A DNA stretch of 63,910 nt, filler included, from Choristocarpus tenellus KU-1152 (GCA_964200185.2; 10 parts of 10 records of this genome joined end to end with filler, not necessarily neighbours in it), one strand, 5' to 3'. Counted from the whole stretch's first letter, positions 38,208 through 52,231 are shown. Translations and numbers: made by a program. Notes: generated by a model from the letters alone, not told the origin.

Positions 38208-40913
38208 GAATATTTTCTTTATTTGTATTTGTATGTTAGTTTTTTTTGGTAGCGAGAAAATTATATCTACTTCAAGAGTTGAAGTATGTGCATGTTTTGA
38301 AACGCATGTAACTACTTACTGCAATAGTGTTTTCTTTGTGAGAGGCAATGTACAGCCAAAATGTCTTCCACCGTTTTTCTGATTTCTACTCTATTAACAA
38401 AAAAAAAATTGTACTGTAACTGTAACTGTATTATCATGCTGAGTGCCTTGTAATCAATTAATTTTTTCTGCCCTTGGAGAAACGCTCCGTGTGATTCATA
38501 TGATCATGCTTCAGTTATTCATTTGACTGATGAAATGCAGAGGGATCGATTGCAGAATTTTTGGGGGTTTATAGTGTACTGAAATCAGGATTTTTAGAAT
38601 TTTGCAGAGGGTATACCTTTGTTGGGGCATATTGCTTGGATGCAGGTCAACTTTCAGATTAGAGCCTTTAACCTAACCTTGAATCACTCATCAGTCCTGG
38701 TATTGTTCAGAGGGTGGGGTGCGTGTCACACAGATGAGACTAGGTGTTTAATTTGGATGATGACATGTCCTCTGTTATGTTGAGATACACCACGGTGCTT
38801 GCCAAGACACCAATGTTAGAGGCAGCGGGCCACTGCCAATAGAGCTGTCCTCTGGAAAAGTTGTCTTCACATGCATGTCGTGTTTTGTGTGTTACGTGTG
38901 TGTTACGGGAGTGTTGTGTGTGTGTTATGGGAGTATTGTGTGTGTGTTGTGTGTGTGTCGTGTGTGTCGTGTGTGTGTGTGTGATGCTATATCAGCAACG
39001 AAGTGAGGAGGTGTTGAGAGAGAGAGAGGCATTGTCTTTCTCCATCCTAGACCGCCCAAGGTCTACACATATATTCGAAGTATTACTTGGTTCAAGTTGA
39101 TTCAATGTGGTTTGTAGCTACTACATGTAGTACAAAGGACATAGGTTGTAGAACGCAGTACCCCTCACTGTTTGTGATGTGCAACCAAAAGAGTGATCCC
39201 TCGAGGGCAGCGCACCAATACATTCTGTCCCGACGGAATTTTAAACACACTCAAGTGCAGTTTTAGTCGAATATTCATTCATTTTTCTTCATCTTCAGTG
39301 TAGAAATCTTGTCTATTGCTGGGAAGGGGGACCTTCATATTCTCCATCTTACTGTGGGGACGAAATATCAGAAATTTTTTCCTCTCCCAACCCTAACCTT
39401 TGGAAACTTAATTTTCTTCATCCTTCTTGTTGCAATGACAGTTGGTGCTGATTGCTCAAGGGGTGGGTAGTGGGTGACGTGTAGATTACCATTGTAATAT
39501 CACCTTATCCTTCAACCACTATTATTTGGACTGTTCCATCTCGACTGCACCATCACAGGGGTCTTCTTTTGGCCTCCTTCCAGGGGGTTTTCATGAGGCG
39601 TCCCTTTCACAGCTTGGTGTTGATCGTGTCTATATCAAGAAACGCAAGGGGTTTATCAAGGTATGGAGGCATCTTTCCACCCTATCACTGCATACATTTT
39701 TCAGTATCGTAAAGTACAATACTCGTTTTATATGGTCACAACACAAGTCGGCATGATTTGTCAATCCAAGATGGTCGCTTAGTGGCCTTGTGTTGTGCTG
39801 AGGAGTGTTGGTTGGCATTCTGACGGCCTTGTTATCTCAATTCGCCTGTTTTGAACTGGTGGGGGCAAGGTAAAACCTCACTATCATAGAGGTGGTTTTT
39901 CGATTGCTCCCATCGCTATCATGACACAATAACACGTATATCTGATACAGATTTTACACGTAGGGCTCGAATTCATCCAGTATCAAGTCGTATACATGTA
40001 CAATACTGTCCCATAGTGTTACACGTCATAAAAGGGGGTTTTCCTGGATCCCAGTGACATCACTGACTGCGCCAACCACCTCTGTCCTTCCACCTGCGGT
40101 GGTTATAGTGTGTAAGTCGCACTCCTGATGCTTGAAGCCCTCCATTGCTTAACAGCCCTAACCCTATGGGACTTGCAAGTCTGAATATCACCTCCGGAGG
40201 AGAAACGAGCATGGCGTCAAATGTAGATGTGGGTATTCTGTGAAAGTGCCCGTTGATTCCTTTGTAAAGTGCCAAAAATCGTATGAAGGAGTAATGTTGG
40301 GTTGGATGGTGCTCCCACATGATCCAGTAACACATCCCAGTCCAGCGAACCTCGAGGATTGGTTGGAATGTACTGTGCTCTTCTGAATGCATCACTTTGG
40401 AGGAGAAATGGTCCTTTGGTTGTTTCCGCCTGTTGTAGAACACACACTTGCTTTCAAACACCGTTTATTATGGTGCAATCATTGAATACAGGAAAAGGGT
40501 CCTCCCTTAACTTGCACACCCATTGATGTTTGATACCCTGCTCTCTGTCTGTTGGTGGCGGTGCTACGTAGTACTACGAGGTGCTTTGAAGTTATGTCTA
40601 GGAAGCGTGTTCCTTTATTTACCCCCATTCTATTTCTACGACTACAGCTCTACGAGTCATCTCTCTTTCAAATCACCGTTTCATATAGATAACTGGAATA
40701 GTTCCTAAATCCCTCTTCTTTGAAGTGTTTATCAAGTGATGTGCACCCCTCACCCCAATCATACCCGCAGTATGCACTGCAGTATGGATATAGGCTACTC
40801 CCTGCCTACTCATTTGGAGAGTGTGACATGTACTGGAACATGCCTGGCATGTGGCAAGCACGTCTCTGGTTGGCATCCAAGAATCTCCCTGGGGTCTTGC
40901 CCATTGGCAGGAG
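35091..40913 (+). CDS. DGAT2: Diacylglycerol acyltransferase type 2 family, partial; exons 35091-35279, 35570-35785, 36624-36696, 37894-37994, 39559-39660, 40771-40913
   Basis: YHPHG motif, LLPGGFHEA, RKGFIK|YALQYGYRLLPAYSFGE, and N-terminal hydrophobic segments. An exon may be missing between 36696 and 37894. Confidence 0.9.
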
Positions 40914-42849
40914 GTATGTGAGTGCGTGAGCAGTAAGTATGATGTCCTTGGAGATGTGCAATGTTGAGAGTAGAGGCTGGGACTTGCAGCATGGCACCTA
41001 TTCACAATGTGGGGGGGGAGCTTAGCCGCTTCGTTATTGTTGAAAGGCTTCCAAGGCAAGTTCGGCAAGAAAATTTGGTTAGATTTCTTGTTTCCTCTAT
41101 CATCAGTGATGTTTTCGTGATTATAAATATTCAAAAATAGAAGGTGGTGAGATATGGAGTACACAAGATGACACACAGTGGTTGGAGTTGATGCAAAGGT
41201 TTGGAAGGTCAGACGCGACTTGCAGGATAAGCTCACTCCTGTTTTTTTTTTCTGCGCAAGTGATGAGGTGAAAAAAATATAATGATTTGACCAAAAAATT
41301 TTTTTTCGATTTTGTGGTTCCTTCAGTTCCGATAATTTTTTTTTGCCTGAGCGCATTGGATAAGGGTGCCTTAGCGGGGTTTAGAATACGTTACGCATGA
41401 AGTTTGCAATCAACTGCAAGGTCTCAATGTATCGCCAACTAGTGTCAGTTTTTTTTTTTTTTGCTGAGACGATGAAACTCGGACATAGAAGTCTCACACA
41501 TCTTCCCTTCGTAAAAGGGATTGTTTATTTTGTTTATTTTGTTTGTCTTGGAGATTGGGCTCCCTCAAGATTGACCTCAGACAAGGCCACAATCTGCGTC
41601 CAGCATTCTGAGTTCCTCTGTGTGTGTAGTGTCCCCCCAACTCTGTATTTCCAAGGATTGTGCGGCAATCTAAATTTGACTTCTGAAGCATCTAAATCCC
41701 CTCCAGGGTTACAATTTTTTCCTTTGTAGCACTCCATGGAATTGGAATTGGAATTGGAATGGGTTTCTCGTCCTGTGTCTTGTACACATTCTCATACGCA
41801 ATTTTTCACTTTCCCCCTCACCATACTCCTGCACTGAGTTGGATGTAATTCACCATGGTCATCTCTAAAGTTCCACCTTGCACATGGTACCATCCATTTC
41901 GCCAGAATGATAGTTATTGACACAGGTAACTGTAGAGCTTGTGGGATTTTACATAGCTAATGGATTAAGATAGGACTCTTATCCTGCACACACTGGCATC
42001 TCACTTTACCTAATCATTTCTCCCCCAAAGAGTCCGCAACCCTCTTCCTTCCATTACCTTCCACCATCAGACTAGCAGCCTCCCCCAGCGCCCAAGAACT
42101 TCCCTCCCACAACAATCTGTGTCTCTAGTGACTTCCCTGCTGTCCAGCTTTCTTCTTCTTTTTTTTCCTCGCCAACACAAGCAATTTTAAAAGTGTTAGG
42201 AGGGGAGGGGGAATCATGTTTCTCATGTTTCTCATGTTGATCTTGTGTGCCGAAGATTTCCTGGTATGGTCTGAGAGGTGAAGTCTCTGATCGGTGATAT
42301 CTCCATTCAATAGTGGGGGGGGGGNNNNNNNNNNNNNNNNNNNNNNNNNNNNNNNNNNNNNNNNNNNNTTAATTAATTAANNNNNNNNNNNNNNNNNNNN
42401 NNNNNNNNNNNNNNNNNNNNNNNNACTGTTCATACAAAAAAAAAAAAATTGAACCAAAAAAAGGATGCATGCACTGCATACCCTAGTATCTCAAACAAAA
42501 TCCATCAAAATCGGCCTATTGTTCTTCAACTCGCACGTGAACAGCCAATATCCATCAGAGCAGCAACCTCTACAGCTCACAGGGTTTAAAATGGTTGAAT
42601 TCCTGTAAAATGGATTCCCTGTAGTCCATTGTTTATACCGTTATCTACAAAGGAGGGCGATAGAGGATGGTGGGCTCGTTACCAAATAAAAAAAATGATA
42701 AACGATAAACACATACATCTACCAATATTGTTCACACATAGCTGGGCAGCTGCAATAAAAATAACTAAGGACGCGTACTCATCCCCCCATCTAGCATCAC
42801 ACAACATTCATAATATCAAAGCAGAAGCAGCTCTCATTGCCATGGGAGG

Positions 42850-45800
42850 TCAACTTTTCCTTGTTCATCTGTGGCAAACGCCTGGGGAATGACTGTTCCA
42901 CCACTATCCTCCACTGGTAAGTCATGTGTCTTTTGCTCAACTGCCCATGGGGGTAGTGTAGCTGATGGTGCACCCTGATCAACATCTTGTTTAGGCTCGA
43001 ACAAATTTGCCCATCTCTGCCTGAGCATCTCTGTGGCGGCCTCGGGGACAAGCAACCGGTAAAACACAACTCCACCTTGGGTCTGAGTTACACTGTCTTT
43101 GTCCTCCAATGTGTTTAATGTGTTGTTGCCATGAGAGGATGGTGGCAACGTTTCACCTGCCTCTATAGCCAGTAGAATTGCCTGGGAGTCTCCACGTTTT
43201 AGGTTATTGCCATCACTGCTAGGTACTCGAACAAGAATCTTGGCAGAAGATATTTTACAATGCAATGGGTGTATGGGCAAGGTGGAGAGACAAGGATGTC
43301 AGGAGCCATGAAGGAGAGGAGAGTAAACCCCTATGACAAAGTAAGTCAATTTGACCACTAGAGAAGACACATCTTGCTGCCTACTACATCACATAAAAAC
43401 CAACCAGTAGTCTCAAGTGAAATTTTGGCAAAACAAAACTTTAAAAGGAACCCAGCAACAGGTCAGTTGACTTTCAGTCACAACAGATACAAAAGAGTAT
43501 ACCTCAAGTCTCTCCATCTCCTCCAGCCAGAAGTCTTGGTCCAGTTCGCCACTTCCTCTGCCTGGCCACAGAGAATCGGAGACCATGTGCCTGCAATGCC
43601 GTGCAACTTCTGCCTTGGATATCACCCTAGGCTTCCCATGCTCAAAGCCTTCAGTGTGGGGTGATCCTTGGGTACTGGAGGCACCAGCTTTAGAAGTGTT
43701 CTGCCGTGACCCTGGCTCCACAACACACTGCAGTAGAGCAGCTGCAAACGGCCAAGAGAGTCGGTTTAGGAATAGATTACATGTGAATAGATTACAGGTG
43801 ATGCCTGATGCCAGTACATATAGATCGCATGACAATAAAAGCTCAGAACCTTCCTCCTTTGGTTTCTTGATGACAAGAAATAAGTAACAGAAGCACAAAA
43901 CCTTTGATGCTCCAGCAGGACTCCTAATGACAGCATCACTGCACACAACCGACTCATGCCTCTCAGAGCCATCTAATCCTACCATCCTAGGTAGGCAGCA
44001 CTATACATCTCATCAGATCAGTCTCGTCAGACTCACCATACAAGAGGAAAGTGTGCCGAGCCCTTTGCTGTGCAGCCTCCTCAGCAAGATATCGTAGTAC
44101 AGGTACATTAGACCCTACAGACTTATTGAGCAGCTCACGACTGACAAATGATTCCACCCGAATCTGCGGTTGATGCACAAATGACGGAAGACCCCGTCAG
44201 GATGAAATGTTAGGCCTTCACTTGAAGGCCTCCACAAAATGAGAGCAATGCCCAGTCCATTTGTGCACACGTTGGTATACTTGGGAGTGTGTACGTCTAT
44301 AGTCCCTCACACAAAAGAAAGGACCGAGTGAAAGCATCTTAGGGTTAGGGTACGAGTTTTGCCCTGTTTGTCCATTTGGGGCTTGGCTTCCCACGTTCTT
44401 GTTTTTTAAAATGACATTTTCCTACTCCAAAATGATTCGGAGTAGGTAAAATGTATGCGTTATGAAAAGGTGTGTTATGGAACAAGGATATTGACACTTC
44501 CTAACAAACACAATAGCCGAAATTACATCAAAATNNNNNNNNNNCATCAAAATCGCAACATTGAATTTTGGCCCCCAAATGGACACAGCCCTACCCTCTA
44601 AGATATAATTTGGCCAACGCAACTCTACCGTAACTTCATAATTATGTTCTTGTTGGTGGAATCGCCATTAGAGCAAGGCGTTATAAATAGAAGCATTTTC
44701 ACAGGTGGGTTGCCTTAGGGTTAGGGATACTGACAGTTTGTCGCTTTCTGCTGTCTTGGAGATCGGCAATCGGTGGAGTGGTATGATGGTACGAATTTTC
44801 CTCCAAATGGTGCAAGTAATTCCATACACATATCATGAATATTTTGATCTTTATTTTTACGAAATCAGAACCCTACGTAAGAAGCTTGTTGACTGTATAG
44901 CCCTACTATTTATTTATTATTAAACTGCAAATCGAAGGAGAACAGTTCCTCTGTAGTAAGCAAAACAGGAGGATATAGTTAGTGACAGCACCTGCCCTCA
45001 TCATTCAGCCCTAGTTCCTAAAAAATGAAAGCCAAACTTTTTAGGATTTCAGAAGTAAGGCGGAAAAAAACATAAGCAATCTGTCTCACCCACATCAGTC
45101 TCTTTTTCACTGATACTTGAATTCATTTCCACTCCATAAAACAGACACTAACCGTAACCTTAACCCTAACCGAAATCACCTCTCAATTTACACATAGAGG
45201 GTACATTGAGGGGGTGGTGTATTGATAGTATGAAAGTATCCACATCACCATTGCACTATCGTTATTACTAGAGCTACATTCTGTGGCACCATACCACAAG
45301 AACATTACCATCACAGAGGTGGAGAAGTATAGAACATCCCTCAAAGAAGTTAAGAAGTTCTATGTGATCAATAAAGTTAGTATCATCATAATTTTTATCA
45401 TCAATAGTGCTGGCCGCAGAGTCATACCAAGATCAAGGGGCTCAAACAGAAACACGAAAAGTTTCCACCAATCAGATGGCCAGCAGGAATCATTCAGCCA
45501 ATAAGGACGCATTGTTAATAGCCTTACAACACTCCGTTCCCCCTCAACCCCTTGTCACTGTAAACAGTACAAATTAACACACAAAATAGATTTTAATACT
45601 CTTTAACAACTGGATATACTTCTTTTTTTTTGGTCAAGTCTCTCTTTCACTATCTATTCACTATCACTATCTCTCCCATCTCTTCACTTCTCTGTACTCT
45701 TCTTTTTCTAATTTTATTCGTTATTATTATTACTTTGTATTTTCCTCTTCTGATACCATAAGGGTTAGGGTTCGACACCTTTCAGGCTAAGCCCAACACA

Positions 45801-48368
45801 GTGGAAGTAAATAAAGTACTCCCTATCAATACATAATAATAACAAATAATAATAATAATAATAGTCACTTCTCTTCCAGAAGAACACACAACGCCTTACC
45901 CTGGTGTTGAGGTACCCGAAGACAGTGCGGATGAGGAAGAAGAGAATGGAGGCTGTTGCAGCAAACACCAAGATAGGAGAGTCAAACCGTATGTTGGCCA
46001 TGACAAACCCGAATCCCAAAATGGATGAGAGGTCCAGCCTTAGAGCAGTCTGTGAGTGAGGGAAAGCAATAGTAATGTAATCATAATTGTAATCAGAAGT
46101 ATTAGCACATTTATGTATGATCATTAGAACGTGGTGGACATCATGAGAATAGAGCCTTTTTTAGAACTAAACGTAACAGTACACTATCCTGTACTCAAAA
46201 ACAGAAAAAAAAGGACCGTATATATAATTTATATTTATATTTATATCTGTATATGTCCACCAATCACAGATCAAGGACTAAAGCCTTACACAAATCAAAA
46301 CATCTAATTCTTTGTGTATCATGATAAATAATCCTGTGGTGACACGTATCTGGTGATCACCATGCCAATAACAATACAAGAAAATTATTGTGAAGGAGTG
46401 TTTGCCACAACAGTAAGATTGTCAAGAAAATCCTCCTCACACCTGAGGTCTAACTTCCACCACCTTGTCAGGCGTTACAGCATTCAAGTTCACTAAAGAC
46501 ACTCCCTTGTAGCTCCTCAGCTGGAGACCAAGACCCTCACCCTGTGATCGATATAGGTCATCAGAAAGGGTTAGGGAGGAAGGATTGATGTCGTGATTGG
46601 AAGTAGCTTGCCACTTCATCAATTAAATTAAATAATAATAATAAAATAATTATCATTTTAAAAAAAGAGAAAAAAGAGAAAAATAATATAGAAAAAAAGT
46701 TAATGACCAAATAGTGTACCTCCTCTACATACCATCATATGCACATACATCTTAACAACAAAGTGTTGAGTTACCATACCTCCACCGAAACTCAAAGTAT
46801 TAAAAATAAACAGATACAATAATAGTAAAATATAATGACTAGTAACTCTGTGTGCAATTAGTATGTATAGAATAAATAATAAATAAAATAGTAAGTCTTC
46901 GACAAAGCAGCAGCTGTTTATGGCACTTGGATGACACCTCATGGCATGGAATGTATCAAGTGAGTCAAAGTATATTAGGGTTAGGGTTAGGGTAGGGCCG
47001 TGTCCGTTTGGGGTCCAAAATCCAATGTTGCTATTTTGATTTAATTTTGGCTATCGTGTTTGATAGGAAGTGTCAATGTCCTTGTTCCAGACACACCTTT
47101 TCATAACTTTCCCATTTTACCTACTCCGAAATATTTTGGGGTATGAAAATGTCCTAAAAACCCCCCCGAGGGAAGCCAAGCCCCAAACATACAAACAGGG
47201 CAAAACTCGTACCCTCTAAGATACTTTCACTCAAGTATCAAGTATCAGGTAGGTAAGTTGGTTTCCTCTTCATACAACACTGTAACCTCTCTGGTTTCCT
47301 CTTGATTTACTTGCACTTGCTCTTCATCGATCAAAGCTCACGCAGCAGCTGTCTTCACCACATGTAGAAGTTAAATGTGATGCAAGGGATATCTACCATC
47401 AAACACTCACATACTGAAGTATATATCGACCCAAGAGAAGTACCTCGTCAGACACAACCAAAAAAATAAATAAATAAAAGACGCTCGAAAGACAATACAA
47501 AAATTAAAAAGAAAAATTTAAATTTTGATTTGAATAATTATCTTTCTTAAATATCACCGCAATGAAAGCATTAATTCATCTTTCCCTTTCACCAGCAGCC
47601 ACAATCACTATCCATTTTTTTCAAACCCGAGTAACTGAGTAGATTAATTTTAAGAAAAAAAAAACACGTTTCACCTAGTGGTACTACTCTACAAAAACCC
47701 ATCGCATTGTGAATATTTACATTTTTTTCAGAACATTTTTTATATGAATTGTGAAAAAAAACAATACAATTTTGTCGTGTCAATTAACCTCTTTATTACC
47801 AGTACAAAAAAAAAGGTTAATAGAAAATATCCACAGGGTATTAACTGCATGTATTATGATATACTTGCAATAAAAAAAAGTGCCTTCTAATTAAATGGAA
47901 CCATAAAAATAAATAAAATAATAATAATAATCTTCACAGGAGGGCGCCCAACAATATTTTTTTAGTAGTTAGGGTTAGGGCTGGGAAATATACATACATA
48001 CATATATATTGGAAACATACAACATTTCACAAAGAGGTACAACACTATGTATAAAAGTGTTACTTATTTACCCCAAACTGTGTGAGTAACTCCAAACATG
48101 AACATAAACTATCAACAGTTTCATTTATTTAGAGTGCGTTATAGAGTGTGTTATCACACAGTACACGCAACTAATCCTAACTCTAACTTTAACCCCAACC
48201 TAACCCTAACTCTATTTTCAAACCATTTTATTGTGTCATATTTCACAGTTATAACAATAATAATGAAATAGGGTATATAAAACTTAGGCTAACATAGCAA
48301 AGTTAATATAATGGTTGATTTGTAACCTCAAAATCCTAACTTGATACCCTACAACACCTATAAATATC

Positions 48369-48406
<38 letters not shown>

Positions 48407-51319
48407 CTTTGGCATCCTGTAGGGGGTATCCTGGTGTTCATAATCTCCTTTGGTGCTATCAATATCAATACTCCCACTGTGATCCTTCTTCCCTCTCCAC
48501 CCTTTCCATCTCCAAGGACCACCACGTAGCATTGATCTCAAGTTACACGTCCTTTGCAGCATTGGATGAAGATACGGATCTAGAGATAAAGATTGCCTTT
48601 TTCGTTTGAAATAGACAACTACCACCTTCACAGCAACAACAACAAATAAATAAGAACAATAAACAAATAAGAACACATGATCTCTGTGAGTACATCACAT
48701 CATACATAGGGTTAAGGTTAGGACTGGTCAGGAGAGAGGGCGGGGAACAAGGAGACCTGCAAAAAAAGGACAAAATAATAATAAAAACAAGTCTATTATA
48801 TAACATTGATAAAATAATAATAAGTCTATTATACAACATTGTTAAAATAATAATAATAAAATGGCAAAAAGTGTAATTTTACTGTCAACTGATTATAACT
48901 GTAATTAAATTAACTACAACTATAATTAATGCCTTACATCACAGACTACCACCATGAACCTTTTATTTTCAGACCCTCAACATCACCAGCAAACTCTAAA
49001 TAAAAAATGCTCAACCAGCACGAGTTTTGCCTGTCATATTAGTTGAGCAATTCATACTTCAGCTCTTCACCACCAGGTTACATGTGTATGTATGTATATA
49101 TGTGTGTGTGTGTGTGTGATAGATACAAATACATCAGATGGTACAGTGTCATAGTTTCATTACTCCACGGGGGTCTTAGGCTAACCCTAACCCTAACCCT
49201 AACCCATGATGAGGTTACACTAACATCTCAGTGAGAGATCCATATTGGTCTACTAACTATCCAATGTTACCCTATGCCACCCATTACAAAGCACCAAGAA
49301 ACGCCTTTCCAATTCATTATATATTTTTTGCTAACCCCCTAAAACGGTTTCAACCATACTCAATCGAGAAAAACAATTCTTAAAAAAAAAAAATGCACCT
49401 GCTTTTTTGTTGACCCTAATTTCATCTCTCATAACCCTAACCCTAACCCTAACCCTAATTTCATCCCTTTAATTCTCAAAAACTGTTTCCTTTTTAGGGG
49501 GGGGGACATTATTTTTTGTTTGTCTTCCTCTCCTAACCCCATAACCCTAACCCTTAAAACCTTAACCCTAATCAAACATGACATCATCATCTAGCTCACC
49601 TCGTTGTAGGTGGGTTCCTTCATGATGCATTTGGACACAAGCCTCTTTAGAAATTTCCCAATGGCTCCTTGCGGAATAGGGTTAGGGTTAGGGTTAGGGT
49701 TGACAACACTTCTCCTCTCCACTCCACTTCCATCACCAGCATACTGCCCACGGCCTTGCTTATTCCCACTGAGGATGTCTGCCACAGTCACTCGGGGAAG
49801 TACACTTGTAGCAACTGTACCACCAACCCTAACCCTAACCCTATCCCTAACCCTATCCCGCAAATAATAACAATAATAATAAAAATAGAAACAAAGTGCC
49901 ATGATATTGTAATAACAATAAAATTAAAGAGGGGAACAGAGGACAACAAAAAACGAAAAGTGAGAATAATATTTTTGAGTTCTGAACGGCATTAGGGATA
50001 CATGTAGACAAATCACACACTCCATCACCATCCCTAACCCTAACCCTAACCCACGGGGATAAAAACTAATCCGACATATATCAAAATAATAAAAACGATA
50101 ATGGTAACATTCAACACAAGCAATGATAACAGTAACATAGAAGACAATCAATGATATTAGTAACACACAATCTTGAGTTGGGAGAGAGAGTACTTTGCAA
50201 ACTCCGATCACCTTCATAAAAACACCTAGAATTGACCAATCAAATCAACGCACACCACTGTGAGTCAAAGCACCCAGGAAAGAAGAGTTACCTCAACCAA
50301 GAAAAGAGAGGTACAAATGCAGCAGACTTGAAAACCCTAACCCTAACCCTAACCTCCCAACAAACTGGAGATTCCTGCTAACTGAATTTGAGGGGCTTTT
50401 TACTATCCAGCCTTTCAATATACGACTCACTCAAGGTAACCAACCTACTGTTGACAGCCTATAACCCTAACCCTAACCCTAACATTACACCAAGAAAAAC
50501 CAATCGCATTTATTTTTTCATATTATTTTTTCCAGTACTTTAATCGAGTCAAACCAAAAAAAATAATATGAAAAACCTACCGCCGACAATAAACCAAAAT
50601 ATATATTAATTAAAAAAAATCCCCAACACGTAAATACCGCAATAATGAATAATAAAACGAAACTCGGAAAAATTAATATTTTTTTTAATGATCAACCAAC
50701 AAAAAATCCTTTTGCGCACTTTTTTCACCTCCAAAATAATAAAACTAAAAAAAGCCCCGACCCCACAATGAACACACAATGAACACACAATGTACACACA
50801 ATGTACACACAATGTACACACAATGTACACACAATGTACACACAATGTACACACAATCAATGAACACACAATGAACACACCACCACACCTTTCCGACAAG
50901 GCCTTCCACCTCGATGACAGTGATGACGACCTCACCTCTTCCCCTTGCAACACGACATCCTTCTTTCTACTATTCCAATACCAACAGTCTCCCCCCGGGG
51001 GCCAGCCTCCCCCCTCACAAAACTCTGACAGAGGCACATGCTCGTCCAAGGTCCCGTATCGACGAATTCCCTTGGTGGATCTGATTTTGACAGTTACACA
51101 GTTACAAAAAAAATGAAAGAAAAGGAAAAAATGGAGGAAGAAAGGAACTAGGGTTACAGGTTGAATAGATTCGATTTGATTTGATTTGATTCAATTGGTT
51201 GGTGCACATTTCGTACGCCAATGATATCGTTCAGATGGAGAAGGAGCAAAAAAAAATATTCTAATAAAAACTATAGTGAAAAACAAAACAGACGCACGTG
51301 GACATGCAACAATAATAAC

Positions 51320-51355
<36 letters not shown>

Positions 51356-51510
51356 AATAGTCAACAATTCAAAAACGGTCGGCAAGCGGTATGAAACTGT
51401 TTCCGTGCCATTCTCTTCTTGCAGACTTACGTCCAACCACCTAGCACTTGCATATATCTGAGGAAGAAACTCAAGCCTTGGGATTACCACCATGTTTGGA
51501 ACAACAAGCA
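42850..51510 (-). CDS. TMEM143/DUF3754-family membrane protein, multi-exon; core exons 49599-~49814, 48407-48625, 46443-46541, 45900-46049, ~44037-44163; outer limits uncertain
   Basis: KEPTYNE|VVVVYF, LQLRSYKGVSLVNLNAVTPDK, two hydrophobic helices, FGYLNTR|IRVESFVSRELLNKSVGSNVPVLRYLAEEAAQQ follow the DUF3754 motif order (recognised from memory). Confidence 0.7.
44326..44625 (-). mobile_element. MITE family B, copy 3 (reverse); one TIR carries (TTAGGG)2
   Basis: Reverse-complement homology to 2447-2703. Flanks GACC/TACC. Confidence 0.88.
46962..47232 (+). mobile_element. MITE family B, copy 4; left TIR carries (TTAGGG)3
   Basis: GAGTCAAAGTATATTAGGGTTAGGGTTAGGGTAG...CCCTCTAAGATACTTTCACTC. 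Flanks AAGT/AAGT. Confidence 0.9.
47965..50485. repeat. Cluster of short interstitial telomeric repeats (CCCTAA/TTAGGG)2-5
   Basis: Tracts near 47969, 48175, 48708, 49181, 49432, 49531, 49678, 49825, 50032, 50333, 50462, in both orientations. Confidence 0.9.
50765..50880. repeat. 11-bp tandem repeat (ACACACAATGT/A)
   Basis: About 10 visible units. Confidence 0.9.
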
Positions 51511-51589
51511 AGCGTCACCTAAACAAAACTAACTAACCTTCAGATGCAGTGACATCCCAAAACAAGGCTATATAGCACGGAACAGATTG

Positions 51590-51788
51590 GGGTCAAAGTA
51601 TCTGGGGGGGGGAGGGGGAGGGGGGGGGGGGTTGGCGTCCATTTTTCACCCTTTTTTCTATTTNNNNNNNNNNNNNNNNNNNNNNNNNNNNNNNNNNNNN
51701 NNNNNNNTTAATTAATTAANNNNNNNNNNNNNNNNNNNNNNNNNNNNNNNNNNNNNNNNNNNNCCCCCCCTCCCAGATACTTTGGGTC
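51590..51788 (+). mobile_element. MITE family A ends on both sides of a spacer
   Basis: GGGTCAAAGTATCTG(n) at 51590 and CCCAGATACTTTGGGTC ending at 51788. Flanks (TTG/ATA) differ, so probably two copies. Confidence 0.75.
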
Positions 51789-52231
51789 ATAATGGTATCA
51801 GGGGCGACACCCAACATGCACCTGTCAAGTGCTTCCCAACAGAAATTCGTACCAAAACACACTTTGTACCGTTCGACAAACTACTCCCAGTCACTTCGTC
51901 CTACATGCTTCATCGTACCTTTAAGGTAACCTTTTGTATATGGCTCGTGATTGACCGCATATGCGACGCACACATTTTCAAGAGAATCTAATCGGGGCAG
52001 TTTCGGTTGTTGATGCGTCAAACACACCCTTCTCTATGTTTTCAAAGTGGGGTGTCAGTCACCACGGACCTTTTCCATTGAGCACCTCGCGTGATCAAAC
52101 ATTATGCACGAGCACCTTTCCCCAAAGAAAGATGCAATATTACTTATGTTCGCATGATGAGGATCTATCACTAGGTCAAAGGAAACAAACCCACCTAACT
52201 TACATCGTGACCTCCTTTGGATCCCACTCAG

